Shown: piece by piece, positions 8,289 to 17,733 of the stretch
How positions within the stretch are numbered: the first letter of the stretch is position 1
Layout of the letters: each line of letters opens with the position of its first letter
DNA from: a virus
DNA length: 64,000 nucleotides
Virus record (IMG/VR): IMGVR_UViG_3300045988_161200
Direction: 5' to 3' (one strand)
Notes under the pieces: model-generated
The model's input: the letters and a program-made list of their open reading frames with translations, nothing else
Database searches by the model: none
Told to the model about the DNA's origin: nothing
Position numbers and translations under genes: made by a program

Positions 8289-10033
8289 GTGTTGTAGAAA
8301 ATTTTAATTTACATTATGATATTGCCCAGCCTGTCAAAGAAAACTATTTCAATCCCAAAGAATATAATTCCAATGTTATAACTCACGTTATATTCAGGGC
8401 GTATCAATATAGTTCTGATATTGTAAATAGTGCAAAATATGAGGACTTCTCCCCTAATGTTGTGGATTGGTCTTATTCTGCAAGTGTAGATGATGAATCA
8501 CGTCAAAGTGCAAATGTGACACTTCATGTTCCTAAAAACAGTAAAATGTGGTTTATGCGAAGAGAACATTTACAATATGCAGGTTATGATGGTGAATTAG
8601 GTTCTTTTATCAACGTAGGTTGGAATCCTGTAATGTACCGCTTGATGTGTGATTTTGAATTGCCTGACGGAACTAAGAACCGAGTTGATTTTGGCTTCTT
8701 TATTCCTACAGATGATAAATATGACTATGATGCGACTACAAGCACATTCACAATGTCTTTGATTGGTTGTTCTGGAAGTTTTAAGTCTGAATATGGCGGT
8801 AGCCTTGTTACATCAAGGATAGGATATCTCGAAACGGACAAAGAGGGAAATCAAAGAGAAGTAGGATTTCCTTTAGGTATTCATATTGCAAATGATACAC
8901 CTATTACATCTGATTTTATACGTCAGTTTGTTGAAAAGAATAATACGTTTTTTAGACAGAACAATTCGGAAGTTCCTGTTAAAAACATTTACATAGATGG
9001 CTTAGATTTCTACGATACGGTAAAGTATTATGAATTTGAAGAGGGCAGTTCTGTCAGTGATATTTTAAATAGTATTCTTGAAGATAGTATGCAGAATTAC
9101 ACATACTGGATAGACGAAAAGGATAATCTAAGAATACAAAAGAAGTCTCCCCTATTATATGGGGATTTACTTATGCACTATAGGGATTATAGCAGACTGA
9201 TTATTAGCGAAGGAACAAGCTATACTGACAGTGATACTATAAGCTATGCAGAAGTCTATGGCAAAGATGGAAAATATTATGGATATTGCGATTGGGCTAT
9301 GTATAACTTCGATGTTATTAGAAGTAAAGTGTTTAATTGTTCCGAGCTTGATACTGATGAAAAATGCAGAAACAGAGCAAGATGGGAATGTTACAAAGGT
9401 CTATACGGACATGAGACCTTTGACATAACTCTCGTGGGTATTTACATTACTCAGTTTCAATATCCCTCTATTGTTGTTGGCAGAAGCATTGAGTATACGA
9501 CTATGAACGGTGATACCAATGTTTATACTATTAAAAGCATAGGTTATTCAAATCACGAATGGACTTTGGGATTATCTATTTACAGACCTTATTATACTGA
9601 TGAAAAGACGGATTTATCTTCTGAGACAAGAAACAAGTATATGCTTGAAAAACCAGTTATCTTCAAACATGAAATTGACGGTAATAAGATTAAGTTATAT
9701 GTAAAATCCAAGGATATAGGAATATCTCTTGTAAAGTTATATATGAGAGCTAATTTTATTGGAGAAAGCGTTGATACCGATGGAACAGCTAATCTTGAGT
9801 GGCTTGATGAAGGTGCTTATAAGGTAATTACTTATACTATTCCAGAAGATAATCAGACTTATTTATTTAGTGTACAGTTATATAATCCTCAATATGAAAT
9901 GTCCTTATTGAGCAACACTTATATTGTAGATATTGGAACAGTTGATGATAAATATTATAAGACTAATGATGGTAAGTATATTGAAGTTATTAAAAATCAC
10001 AAGACTGAATTGTTAGAAAGGGCGGTGGAGTAA
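8285..10033 (+). CDS. Tail-associated / baseplate structural protein (Tal-like by position)
   Basis: 582-aa ORF coupled to the Dit-like gene (ATGA overlap) and followed by fibre genes. No catalytic motif seen. Confidence 0.5.
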   Translation: MSVVENFNLHYDIAQPVKENYFNPKEYNSNVITHVIFRAYQYSSDIVNSAKYEDFSPNVVDWSYSASVDDESRQSANVTLHVPKNSKMWFMRREHLQYAGYDGELGSFINVGWNPVMYRLMCDFELPDGTKNRVDFGFFIPTDDKYDYDATTSTFTMSLIGCSGSFKSEYGGSLVTSRIGYLETDKEGNQREVGFPLGIHIANDTPITSDFIRQFVEKNNTFFRQNNSEVPVKNIYIDGLDFYDTVKYYEFEEGSSVSDILNSILEDSMQNYTYWIDEKDNLRIQKKSPLLYGDLLMHYRDYSRLIISEGTSYTDSDTISYAEVYGKDGKYYGYCDWAMYNFDVIRSKVFNCSELDTDEKCRNRARWECYKGLYGHETFDITLVGIYITQFQYPSIVVGRSIEYTTMNGDTNVYTIKSIGYSNHEWTLGLSIYRPYYTDEKTDLSSETRNKYMLEKPVIFKHEIDGNKIKLYVKSKDIGISLVKLYMRANFIGESVDTDGTANLEWLDEGAYKVITYTIPEDNQTYLFSVQLYNPQYEMSLLSNTYIVDIGTVDDKYYKTNDGKYIEVIKNHKTELLERAVE

Positions 10034-10146
10034 TGGCATATATTTACGATTTAGACCCTATTACAAGTTTAAATGATGCAGATGTGTTTATTTTGAATAC
10101 AACTAATCACGTTGATAAAAAAAATCAGCTGGCACGTATTAACTAA
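10033..10146 (+). CDS. N-terminal segment of the tail fibre, out of frame with the main ORF
   Basis: TAATG overlap with the upstream stop. MAYIYDLDPITSLNDADVFILNTTNHVDKK... is a typical fibre N-terminus. The frame changes at the A8 run at 10117-10124. Confidence 0.55.
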   Translation: MAYIYDLDPITSLNDADVFILNTTNHVDKKNQLARIN

Positions 10147-11323
10147 TCAAATGCTGGACAAGGTACATAGTCATGCAAATATGCAAATTCTTGATAAATT
10201 CGGTACGAATAGTGAAGGGAAATTAACATGGGATAATGTAACTGTAGGTAGTGATTATACTTTACCTATTGCTACAGATTCAGTATTGGGTGGCGTTAAG
10301 CCCGATGGCAATACAATAACCATCGATGAAGATGGTACTATCCACGGTGCAACAACCTACACGCTTCCAACAGCAAGCACTACAGTCCTTGGCGGTGTTA
10401 AAGTCGATGGCACAACTATTACCATTGACAGTGATGGCGTTATAAAGGGCAGTGAAGCACAGCCTTATACATTGCCTGTAGCAACCACTACGATTTTGGG
10501 CGGTGTCAAGCCAGACGGTGAGACTATTAAGGTCAGCCCCGAGGGAGTAATTACCTGTATTAACGATAGTGCTATCCCAAGCTGGGTTGCAAATACGGCA
10601 TATGTTGTTGATAATCTTGTCGTTTACGGCACAATTATTTATCAATGTACCGAAGCTCACACATCAGGAACTGAGTTTGAGGCTACTCATTGGACTGCAT
10701 TAACGGGTCAGCAGGGTGAAAAGGGTGACAAGGGTGTTGACGGTGTCTCCCCTACTGCAAAAGTTACACAGACCGACTTGGGAGCTACCATAACTGTGAC
10801 TGATGCTAACGGAACTACTACTGCCAATATATCTAACGGTACATCTGCTATGCTGTCGGTATCACAGACTGAAACAGGTTGTACGGTAACTGCGACTGAC
10901 GGCTCTGGAACGACTACTGCTACTATTACCAATGGTACAAACGGTACTAATGGAGATGACGGAAAATCGGCGTATGCTATAGCAGTCGAAGAGGGTTTTA
11001 GCGGTGATGAGGCTGCTTGGCTCAACAGCCTGAAAGGTATAACGACCGTAACGTCAAGCGCTGTAAATTTGACGGGAACGTTAACAGCTGATGGCTGGTC
11101 TGACACTGCTCCTTACACTCAGACTGTTACCGTAACTGGTTTAGCTGAGGACGGATATCCTATTCTGGATTTAATTACATCAGCAGATACGACAACGGGA
11201 ATTGATGAGAACAAGCAGTGGGCGTACATAACAAAGGCAACAACTGCTGAAAATACACTGACAGTAAAATGCTATGAGAAAAAGCCTACTATTGCTTTGA
11301 ATTTCGTTATAAAGGTGGTGTAA
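10112..11323 (+). CDS. Tail fibre protein (repeat-containing, with a collagen-like segment)
   Basis: Three repeats of YTLP.A...LGGVK.DG.TI. Gly-X-Y stretch GQQGEKGDKGVDG. An A7 tract would join it in frame to 10033..10146. Confidence 0.75.
   Translation: MIKKISWHVLTNQMLDKVHSHANMQILDKFGTNSEGKLTWDNVTVGSDYTLPIATDSVLGGVKPDGNTITIDEDGTIHGATTYTLPTASTTVLGGVKVDGTTITIDSDGVIKGSEAQPYTLPVATTTILGGVKPDGETIKVSPEGVITCINDSAIPSWVANTAYVVDNLVVYGTIIYQCTEAHTSGTEFEATHWTALTGQQGEKGDKGVDGVSPTAKVTQTDLGATITVTDANGTTTANISNGTSAMLSVSQTETGCTVTATDGSGTTTATITNGTNGTNGDDGKSAYAIAVEEGFSGDEAAWLNSLKGITTVTSSAVNLTGTLTADGWSDTAPYTQTVTVTGLAEDGYPILDLITSADTTTGIDENKQWAYITKATTAENTLTVKCYEKKPTIALNFVIKVV
10256..10556 (+). repeat. Three tandem ~33-36-aa intragenic repeats in the fibre gene
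   Basis: YTLPIATDSVLGGVKPDGNTITIDEDGTIHG / YTLPTASTTVLGGVKVDGTTITIDSDGVIKG / YTLPVATTTILGGVKPDGETIKVSPEGVITC. Confidence 0.85.
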
Positions 11324-11325
11324 AC

Positions 11326-12072
11326 ATGGCTGATTGTTTTATTACACGAAGAGGATATGGAAGTGGTGGGGGAAGTTCTATTACTACTGTAACTCCTGAA
11401 AAATTAGGATACGTTTCTGATGCTATTTTGTTTTTTGACGGTCGATACAATTCCCCCTCTAAACATATATCTAACGGGTCATACTGGATTGATTTAGTGG
11501 AAAACATTTTGGCACAAAGAAATAATATCAATAGCGGAACAGATTTGATTAATAACGATTACTATATTAAGCAAACAGGTGTAGCTTCATCATTTAAAAT
11601 TCCAAACAATTTTAATTTTGACACTTTTACTATTGAAGTGTTTATTGAAATTATTAGCGATGGTGGTACTGGAGAGAATGATATTTTTGATAACTACAAA
11701 TTTGCTGGATTTGGAATATATACTGAGAACAACAAACTTTGTGCATCAATACATAATAATAGCAATTATTCAATTATTAAAACGGATTACACACTGAACA
11801 CAGAATATCTAATAACCATTACTTATGATGGACAAGTATTTTCTTTTTATCTTAATGGCATATTAGTTAATACAGCAGAAGTGTCTAATTATAAAAAAAC
11901 AACAAAGTATCCTTATTTGGGAAGTTACGATGGAAATAATTGTGCTTCAGGAACTTATAATTATTATCGTTTTGGAGTTTATAACAGAGCTTTAACTACT
12001 ACTGAAATCACTCAAAACTACAATAAAGACGTATATAGATATGTCGATGGTAACACTGACAATATAAACTGA
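11326..12072 (+). CDS. LamG / concanavalin-A-like lectin domain protein (fibre-associated)
   Basis: FTIEVFIE..., FYLNGILVNT and YRFGVYNRALTTTEITQNY are typical of a LamG jelly-roll C-terminus. Confidence 0.6.
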   Translation: MADCFITRRGYGSGGGSSITTVTPEKLGYVSDAILFFDGRYNSPSKHISNGSYWIDLVENILAQRNNINSGTDLINNDYYIKQTGVASSFKIPNNFNFDTFTIEVFIEIISDGGTGENDIFDNYKFAGFGIYTENNKLCASIHNNSNYSIIKTDYTLNTEYLITITYDGQVFSFYLNGILVNTAEVSNYKKTTKYPYLGSYDGNNCASGTYNYYRFGVYNRALTTTEITQNYNKDVYRYVDGNTDNIN

Positions 12073-12083
12073 GGTGATATACC

Positions 12084-12434
12084 ATGAAGAAGAGCAAAAT
12101 GGAATTTTCTAAGAAATGGCTTATAGGCTGTATTTGCGTTAGCCTATTCTTTACGTTGGCTTCATACGTTCTGGCGTGGTTCGACAAGAACGCCGTAGAA
12201 ACACTTAGCATAACGATCATTGAGACACTGTGGGGAACTTCCGCAGTGTCCTTTATATTTTATGCGGGACTTAACGGCGTGAGAGCTTATACCGGCAGCA
12301 AGTGGGGTATTCCAACAGATGAGATGGACAAGGCAATTACAGATGAAGAGCCGGAAGAGATAAACTATTCAAACCGATATGACACCGATGATATGTCGGT
12401 GGAAGATATTTTAGACGAATATGACAGGCGGTGA
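12084..12434 (+). CDS. Two-TM membrane protein with acidic tail (holin-like by position)
   Basis: TM helices WLIGCICVSLFFTLASYVLAW and LWGTSAVSFIFYAGL. Acidic C-terminus. Lies directly upstream of the endolysin. Confidence 0.45.
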   Translation: MKKSKMEFSKKWLIGCICVSLFFTLASYVLAWFDKNAVETLSITIIETLWGTSAVSFIFYAGLNGVRAYTGSKWGIPTDEMDKAITDEEPEEINYSNRYDTDDMSVEDILDEYDRR

Positions 12435-13656
12435 TTACATGGAATTGATTGCAAAAGGTGCAGATATCTCTAAACACAATGGAAACATTGACTGGAACAG
12501 AGTTAAGAAGACCGAGGTTAACTTTGTGATTATCAGAGCTGGATTTGGCTTTAACACGGTTGACCCGATGTTTAAGACCTACATTGAAAATGCTATAAAA
12601 TGCGGAATTGATATCGGGATATACTGGTTTAGCTATGCAGGAAGTGTGGCTGATGCGAAAAAGGAAGCAGAGTTCTGTCTCAAGACAATATCGCCCTACA
12701 GAAAGAGCATAAATTATCCTGTGTTTTTCGACTGGGAGAACGGCAGCTACAACTACGTAAAGCGAACATACGGTATAACGCCTACTAAAAAGCTTGTGTC
12801 TGATATGGCTGTAGAATTTATGGACACTATCGGACAGGCTGGATACAAGGTTGGCAACTACAACAGTGTAAGCTACTTGAATACATTTTTCGATGACAGA
12901 GTTAAAGAAAACTATGATACTTGGGTAGCTCACGTAAGAGATGCTAACGGTAATCCTCTGGAAAAGACAAGCTACAAAGGCAAGTATGTTATTCATCAGT
13001 ATTCATGGGTCGGACGACCGAGTGGTTTCTCCTCTAAGACCGATATGGATTACTGTTATAAGGATTATACCGGTAAGGGTACAGCTACAAAAACTGAGAC
13101 GGTTAAATCGTCAAAGTATGTTGTTCCCGATAATATCACATTTAAAGTGCCGACATTTAAGAATGTGATAACGACTTATCCGCTGAAGACTTATGGCGAA
13201 ACCAAGATTTCTGACCATTTCAAGGTCAAGGAGTTTACCAGTAAATTCGGCAATAAGGTCTATTCGGATAAAGTTAAGATACATAACAAACTGATTGAAA
13301 TTCTGGAGGCTCTGTATGCCAAACTGGACTGCTCGATGATTATAGTCAACAGTGGTTACAGGACTGCGGAGCACGACAAAGCGGTCAGTGGCAATGGGTC
13401 GGGATATCATGTTCTCGGAAGAGCGGCGGATATTATCTGCTATGACAAAAACAAAAAGATAATCGACGCTAAGACCGTATGCATAACGCTGGAAGAGATG
13501 GGTGGAATATACGGTATAGGGTATATCAACAACAGAGCTGTCCATGTGGATACGAGACCCAAGGCTTCTCAGTGGTATGGCGACGAAACCAAACGTGGAG
13601 CACCCAGTATCACGAAGCTTGGATACAAGTCTTTCCGTGATTATTTCAAGATGTAA
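12421..13656 (+). CDS. Endolysin: GH25 muramidase plus C-terminal M15-type peptidase
   Basis: KGADISKHNGNIDWNRVK..NFVIIRAGFG..GIYWFSYA..FFDWE is GH25-like. SGYRTAEHDKA..GYHVLGRAADI..VHVD is the M15 zinc peptidase pattern. The true start may be ATG 12439. Confidence 0.85.
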   Translation: MTGGDYMELIAKGADISKHNGNIDWNRVKKTEVNFVIIRAGFGFNTVDPMFKTYIENAIKCGIDIGIYWFSYAGSVADAKKEAEFCLKTISPYRKSINYPVFFDWENGSYNYVKRTYGITPTKKLVSDMAVEFMDTIGQAGYKVGNYNSVSYLNTFFDDRVKENYDTWVAHVRDANGNPLEKTSYKGKYVIHQYSWVGRPSGFSSKTDMDYCYKDYTGKGTATKTETVKSSKYVVPDNITFKVPTFKNVITTYPLKTYGETKISDHFKVKEFTSKFGNKVYSDKVKIHNKLIEILEALYAKLDCSMIIVNSGYRTAEHDKAVSGNGSGYHVLGRAADIICYDKNKKIIDAKTVCITLEEMGGIYGIGYINNRAVHVDTRPKASQWYGDETKRGAPSITKLGYKSFRDYFKM

Positions 13657-13674
13657 CAGAAAGGAAGTTTTATT

Positions 13675-14019
13675 ATGACAATCGACATTACAACTATCAT
13701 TGAGCTGGTTATTGCCCTGCTCGGCACAATTATTACTGTTATTGTAATACCTTGGATCAAGACTAAGTTGAACAATGAGCAGTGGAACACTCTTAATGAG
13801 TATGCGATCGTATTTGTAAAGGCTGCAGAAATGCTCTTCAATGGAACAAATCTTGGCAAGGATAAGAAGAAGTGGGTAATTGAGAAGCTCACTGCAATCG
13901 CAGAGGAACATAATCTGAAGTTCTCGGCAGATGCAATAGAGGCTGCTATTGAAAATGCGGTCAAGAATATGAACGACATACTGGAGATCACGGACTATAA
14001 GCCTGAAATCTCGGAATGA
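13675..14019 (+). CDS. Holin, LL-H-like family
   Basis: N-terminal TM (IIELVIALLGTIITVIVIPWI), then NEYAIVFVKAAE...GKDKKKWVIEKL, characteristic of LL-H holins. Confidence 0.65.
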   Translation: MTIDITTIIELVIALLGTIITVIVIPWIKTKLNNEQWNTLNEYAIVFVKAAEMLFNGTNLGKDKKKWVIEKLTAIAEEHNLKFSADAIEAAIENAVKNMNDILEITDYKPEISE

Positions 14020-14447
14020 GGTGGGATATGGAAAGCCTCAATTTAGATACTATCGCTACATACTGCGGAAGTGTCTCAACTATCATTGCTTTAGTTGTTC
14101 TTATTGTAAAGCCTATTCGTACAAAATTTGTCACGTGGATAACCAAGACAAGTGATCGGGACGGTATCAATGCTAAGATTGATAACCTTACAGAACTTGT
14201 ACAGAAACAGATTGAACAGAACGAGGAAATTAATACTGAACTCAAAAAGCAGAGTCTCGCTTTGCAGTGTACTTTAAGGAACAGCATTCTTATTATATAT
14301 AATTCAAGAATGAAAGCAGGATATATAACCTTGTATGAAAAAGAAAACCTTGCAAAGTTATATTCTAATTACACCTCACTTGGGGGCAATTCATTTGTGC
14401 ATAACTGTTATGATGAACTTAACGAATTGCCTGTAAAGAATGATTAA
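14016..14447 (+). CDS. Membrane-anchored protein of the lysis cassette
   Basis: ATGA overlap with the holin. Single N-terminal TM (VSTIIALVVLIV). Function unknown. Confidence 0.5.
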   Translation: MRWDMESLNLDTIATYCGSVSTIIALVVLIVKPIRTKFVTWITKTSDRDGINAKIDNLTELVQKQIEQNEEINTELKKQSLALQCTLRNSILIIYNSRMKAGYITLYEKENLAKLYSNYTSLGGNSFVHNCYDELNELPVKND

Positions 14448-14457
14448 TTACATATAC

Positions 14458-14494
14458 AAGACTGCTGTACTTATTGTATAGCAGTCTTATTTTA
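14458..14494 (+). terminator. Intrinsic terminator after the lysis cassette
   Basis: Stem AAGACTGCT (14458-14466) / AGCAGTCTT (14480-14488) followed by ATTTTAT. Confidence 0.65.
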
Positions 14495-14511
14495 TAGAAA
14501 GGATTGATAAA

Positions 14512-14748
14512 ATGGCTGGTATAAAAAGTAAATACGGCAATGATTATAATACCCCCGTTAGCGAGTATGTCTTGACCGACAAAACCGAAATAGCCGATCT
14601 CCCTACAACCACGTCCGATGCAAAGGGTAAGTTTGCTGACGATGTAAACTTTAAAAACCACCCTGCAATCGGTTCGGTAGCACAGGTAATCGACAGCACT
14701 GGGCTTGCTGTTTATATGCTTTCGAGTTCGGGCTGGGTAGAAATATGA
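14512..14748 (+). CDS. Hypothetical protein
   Basis: 78-aa ORF with an AAAGGA RBS; first gene of the second fibre cluster. Confidence 0.5.
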   Translation: MAGIKSKYGNDYNTPVSEYVLTDKTEIADLPTTTSDAKGKFADDVNFKNHPAIGSVAQVIDSTGLAVYMLSSSGWVEI

Positions 14749-14778
14749 TAATCAACAATAAGAAAGGAAGGTGACACT

Positions 14779-15702
14779 ATGGATATAGTAACTTATGGCG
14801 TACTCTCTAAGAGAATCAATGGCATTTTAAGCGGAGTTAAGTCCACTGAAATCCAAGGCACAAGTTTGATTTTCAACTTTACAGACGGAACTTCTCAGAC
14901 TATGACATTTCCAATTCCTGCGGACGGTAAAGATGGCGCAAATGGTATTTCTATTGTAGGATTAGAAATTACCCCAACTAATCATTTAATAGGCACTTTT
15001 TCTGACGGTTCTGTTGTCGATGCGGGTCTAATAACAACGATAAGAGGTGAACGTGGTTATACAGGCACCGCAGGTAAAGACGGCAAGGACGGTATCGACG
15101 GTGCCGATGGTGTAGATGGTATCTCTCCTACTGTTACTATTACAGAAGCTACAGGCAGACACACTGTATCTATTACCGATAAAGATGGTGTAAAATCATT
15201 TGTCGTCAAAGATGGCTCTGCTCTTGACACCTCAGCTTTTTATGATAAGGAAGAGGTAGATACAAAATTATCTACAAAAGCAGATATAACTGATATACCT
15301 GTAAATTTATCAGCTTTTAATAACGATAGCGATTTTATTACTAACACTGTAAGTAATTTAGTTAATTACTACACAAAATTTGATACATATACTCAAGCGG
15401 AAGTAAATCAGCTTGTTTCTAATATCAATAAGCTTACATCTAAAATTGTAGATGAATTACCAACAACTGATATAAGTCCAAGTACAATTTATCTTATCAA
15501 ACAGCCTGATAGCAATGTATATATGCAGTATATGTATATAGATAATGGGTTTGCAGAATTAGGTAGCACTCAAATGGATTTGACGGATTATGTGACTTCA
15601 CAAAAACTGACTGAGGAACTTATTAAAAAAGCCGACAAGACTGAAATACCCGAAGTTCCTCAAAAGGAAACTACAAATATAGACTTTGCGACAGAGTTTT
15701 AA
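14779..15702 (+). CDS. Collagen-like tail fibre / minor structural protein
   Basis: Gly-X-Y run GERGYTGTAGKDGKDGIDGADGVDG followed by ISPTVTI, as in the 10112 fibre. RBS is GAAAGGAAGGTG. Confidence 0.7.
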   Translation: MDIVTYGVLSKRINGILSGVKSTEIQGTSLIFNFTDGTSQTMTFPIPADGKDGANGISIVGLEITPTNHLIGTFSDGSVVDAGLITTIRGERGYTGTAGKDGKDGIDGADGVDGISPTVTITEATGRHTVSITDKDGVKSFVVKDGSALDTSAFYDKEEVDTKLSTKADITDIPVNLSAFNNDSDFITNTVSNLVNYYTKFDTYTQAEVNQLVSNINKLTSKIVDELPTTDISPSTIYLIKQPDSNVYMQYMYIDNGFAELGSTQMDLTDYVTSQKLTEELIKKADKTEIPEVPQKETTNIDFATEF

Positions 15703-15861
15703 AGAGGTGCGATATTTATTAAATTTGTTGAAAACCAACTTATACCCATAAGAGTAACTTCAAGAAGCATTAAGGCTTACGAACCGTTAGGATATGATAT
15801 TCCGAAAAAGTCAAATGGGCATTATGATCTTGATGAATACATATATGTAAAAGCTGAAGAT

Positions 15862-16875
15862 GTGTGTTATAAAACATCGTCTGTTAAAATCCAAGTATAT
15901 TGTGAATGCTGTGGAAATATTAAAACAATGCACCCGTCAAATTATTATGATGGATTGACAAATGATAAATATTATTGTTATTCCTGTAAAAGAATTCTTT
16001 TCCGTTCAAAGGAAAATAGTCCTCGTTGGAATCCGAATATATCACAAGCCAAAAGGATAAAAGAGAGAGACTGTCTTGAAAATATATTATTTACAAAAAA
16101 TGTATTGTGTAGAGATAATTATATTTGTCAAAAGTGCGGAAGCAAAGCGGACGTTGTGCATCATCTTGACGGATATAATTGGTGCATTGACAGAAGATTT
16201 GACGAAACCAATGGAGTATCTTTATGTAAAACTTGTCACAAAAATTTTCATGCTATGTATGGCTATGGGAATAACACAGAAAATCAATTCTTTGAATGGT
16301 TTGGCAGACCACTTGTTCTATCTAAAAATACAAAAGAAGTAGTTGAAGCTAAACCTATGATTTGTATAGAGAACGGGATAATATTACCTGCAAAAGAAAT
16401 GGCGAATAAGTTAAATCTAAATAGTTTTATTAAACTTTATGATATATGCAATCATAAAGCCTTGACGATAGACAACTATCACTTTATGTATTACGCAGAA
16501 TATCTTAATTTACCAAATAGATGTATTTCTAACATAATTGAATTTATACAGTTTTCATATTACATAACAATGTATATGAATAACAAAACAAAAACAGATA
16601 AACTTGTTATAGATATTATGTCTGGATGTATTTATTTTGGAGTAAAGGATGCTGAGAAGAAATGCGGAATATATAATGTCTCTGCTTGTTGTAGGCACAA
16701 GCAAAGGAGTTGTTTTAATAAGGCAACAAATAAGAAATATGTTTTTATATATTTTAGCGACTTTTTAAAGCTTTCTGGCGAAGAACAACTACAAATAATT
16801 AGCAAAAACAAGGAATCGTGGTTTTATGATTCCTTGTTTTATTTAGCAAACAAAGAAGGTGTTTTATTTGGATAA
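15862..16875 (+). CDS. HNH homing endonuclease with C-terminal DNA-binding modules
   Basis: HNH core CQKCGSKADVVHHLDGYNW...NGVSLCKTCHKNFH. The frame is open from 15703 with no ATG/GTG/TTG, so the real N-terminus probably lies upstream (see findings). Confidence 0.75.
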   Translation: MCYKTSSVKIQVYCECCGNIKTMHPSNYYDGLTNDKYYCYSCKRILFRSKENSPRWNPNISQAKRIKERDCLENILFTKNVLCRDNYICQKCGSKADVVHHLDGYNWCIDRRFDETNGVSLCKTCHKNFHAMYGYGNNTENQFFEWFGRPLVLSKNTKEVVEAKPMICIENGIILPAKEMANKLNLNSFIKLYDICNHKALTIDNYHFMYYAEYLNLPNRCISNIIEFIQFSYYITMYMNNKTKTDKLVIDIMSGCIYFGVKDAEKKCGIYNVSACCRHKQRSCFNKATNKKYVFIYFSDFLKLSGEEQLQIISKNKESWFYDSLFYLANKEGVLFG

Positions 16876-17713
16876 ATATATTGACAAACAATATTTAATC
16901 GCTAATCTTAAAGCGTTTAAAAATCAAATTCTTGATCCTAAGTATGCAAGTTTAGGCGAAGACGGAAAAATATCTAAAGCAGTTGTCCCTTCTCTTTCGG
17001 CGGCGGAAGTAGGTGCGCTTCCAGAAGATACTGAAATCCCTATTTTCACCAATAAAGCAGTTCTCGATAAAATCAGCGAAGAGAAGGTTGAGAGCTGGGA
17101 CGAAGCAGTAACCTCCGCACATACTCACGATAATAAAATCGTTCTTGATAAGTTTACAGAGTCTGATGAGGGTGAAGTCCTTTATAAAGGTAAACAAATA
17201 GCAAGCGGTAATCTCTGGAATGGTACTAAGGAAGAGTTTGATACTATTGAGAATAAAGACCCAGATACTACTTATGTGATTACTGATGATAAAGATGATG
17301 AAGTGTCACTCAGTGATTTAGTAATCGACGATAGTTCTACTACATCTGAAAAAAAGTCTTGGTCTGTGAAGAAGATAAATGATACTGTTGTTTTGAAAAA
17401 TACTGGAATATTATATAAAAACGCTCCGACATCTTCAGGAATGACAACCTTTACATTAGATATATCCTCTTTAGGACTGACCCACGGCATATATCATTTT
17501 AAATGTTATATAGTAGGTAATGGCAATGTCGCTCATTGTGCTGAAGGCAGTATTGGACAATATGATGGTAGTTATTATATATCTATTGATTATAAATCAT
17601 CTCACATTTCCAGTATCATTATAAACGGAACAACAATTACAGTCACAACTTCTACAGCTCATTATAATCTTAGTTTTTCTATTCAATCAATATATAATTG
17701 GGCAGAATCATAA
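16859..17713 (+). CDS. Tail fibre-like structural protein
   Basis: LDKYIDKQYL..., SAAEVGALPEDTEIP and AHTHDNKIVLDKF are fibre-type motifs. The start may be TTG 16868, about 9 nt after GAAGG. Confidence 0.6.
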   Translation: MFYLDKYIDKQYLIANLKAFKNQILDPKYASLGEDGKISKAVVPSLSAAEVGALPEDTEIPIFTNKAVLDKISEEKVESWDEAVTSAHTHDNKIVLDKFTESDEGEVLYKGKQIASGNLWNGTKEEFDTIENKDPDTTYVITDDKDDEVSLSDLVIDDSSTTSEKKSWSVKKINDTVVLKNTGILYKNAPTSSGMTTFTLDISSLGLTHGIYHFKCYIVGNGNVAHCAEGSIGQYDGSYYISIDYKSSHISSIIINGTTITVTTSTAHYNLSFSIQSIYNWAES

Positions 17714-17733
17714 AAAAAGGAGAGTGAAACAAT

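Noticed and set aside
10280-11106. Minus-strand ORFs 10280..10660 and 10708..11106.
   Set aside because: They are antisense shadows of the GC-richer fibre gene, which carries clear repeat and collagen motifs. No RBS or motif supports them.
12337-13991. Minus-strand ORFs 12337..12996, 13111..13911 and 13641..13991, and plus ORF 12941..13168.
   Set aside because: They overlap the well-supported endolysin and holin genes, and their products have no motifs.
14779-17713. Group I intron carrying the HNH ORF and splitting a single fibre gene.
   Set aside because: The upstream fibre ends with a complete-looking C-terminal domain and a stop. The downstream gene has its own RBS and a typical N-terminus. 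No intron-like structured flanks were evident by eye.
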